Part shown: positions 63,677 through 64,000 of the stretch, one piece after another
Numbering within the stretch: the stretch's first letter is position 1
Layout of the letters: each line of letters opens with the position of its first letter
NCBI RefSeq assembly: GCF_037042905.1
Contig: NC_087263.1
Coordinates: 12,278,001 to 12,342,000 of the forward strand
Length of the DNA stretch: 64,000 bases
Origin: Lytechinus pictus
Lineage: Eukaryota
Reading direction: 5' to 3'
The notes under the pieces: generated by a model
Told to the model about the DNA's origin: nothing
Databases searched by the model: none
What the model saw: the letters and a program-made list of their open reading frames with translations, nothing else
Position numbers and translations under genes: made by a program

Positions 63677-64000
63677 ATAATATCATTACAAATGATGGTA
63701 ATCGATTACCGTTGCGTGACATACCGTCTGCGGTCTTCCGAACCGTCGTATCACACACACGACGGTGCAAACCCATTTCAGAGAAAATCGATTTCAAAGT
63801 TTACTATAATTTTCACATCTAGTTCCCCAGCCGTAAAACCTATTAATTACTCGAAAAATACATGGTTGGAAAGACCAAGACAATGCTTGACAATCGTATC
63901 CTTATTTTTACACAAAAGCAAGGATCAAAGAAAATATCGGAAAAGAGCTTCATGCTTGTAATTTCGGTTTGAGCGGTTTAGATTTCCCCCGTACAAAAAC

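Noticed and set aside
63515..63961. 148-aa ORF with hydrophobic start
   Set aside because: Non-ATG start; the hydrophobic stretch is the translation of the polypyrimidine tract of the splice site.

Overview
AT-rich eukaryotic genomic DNA. The repeat content (tRNA-derived SINEs, Kolobok/Harbinger/EnSpm-type MITEs, poly-G runs, CAT/TAC microsatellites) resembles an invertebrate deuterostome, most likely a sea urchin; this is inference. Two + strand genes are supported. (1) Four in-phase 3' exons (1611-4815) encode a tail-anchored protein ending TM + 35 aa + PPPI-stop, a KASH peptide of the LRMP/Jaw1 (IRAG2) type. A G.U-rich hairpin lies in its 3' UTR. (2) A first coding exon (17062-17564), preceded by uORFs and possibly from a long PDE1-type isoform, opens an intron with no further recognisable coding exon in the remaining 46 kb. 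Near the window end this intron has a candidate recursive splice site: pyrimidine tract + CAG|GTAAGT at 63617/63618, with cryptic donors 48 and 53 nt downstream. The rest is nested transposon debris, including two inverted Penelope-like pLTR copies with an identical variant hammerhead ribozyme motif, TSD-flanked L1/Tx1 fragments, a SINE-core-derived tandem array and a hairpin MITE family carrying a TCF/LEF motif. No prokaryotic system or CRISPR array is present, and most listed ORFs are microsatellite or repeat artefacts.
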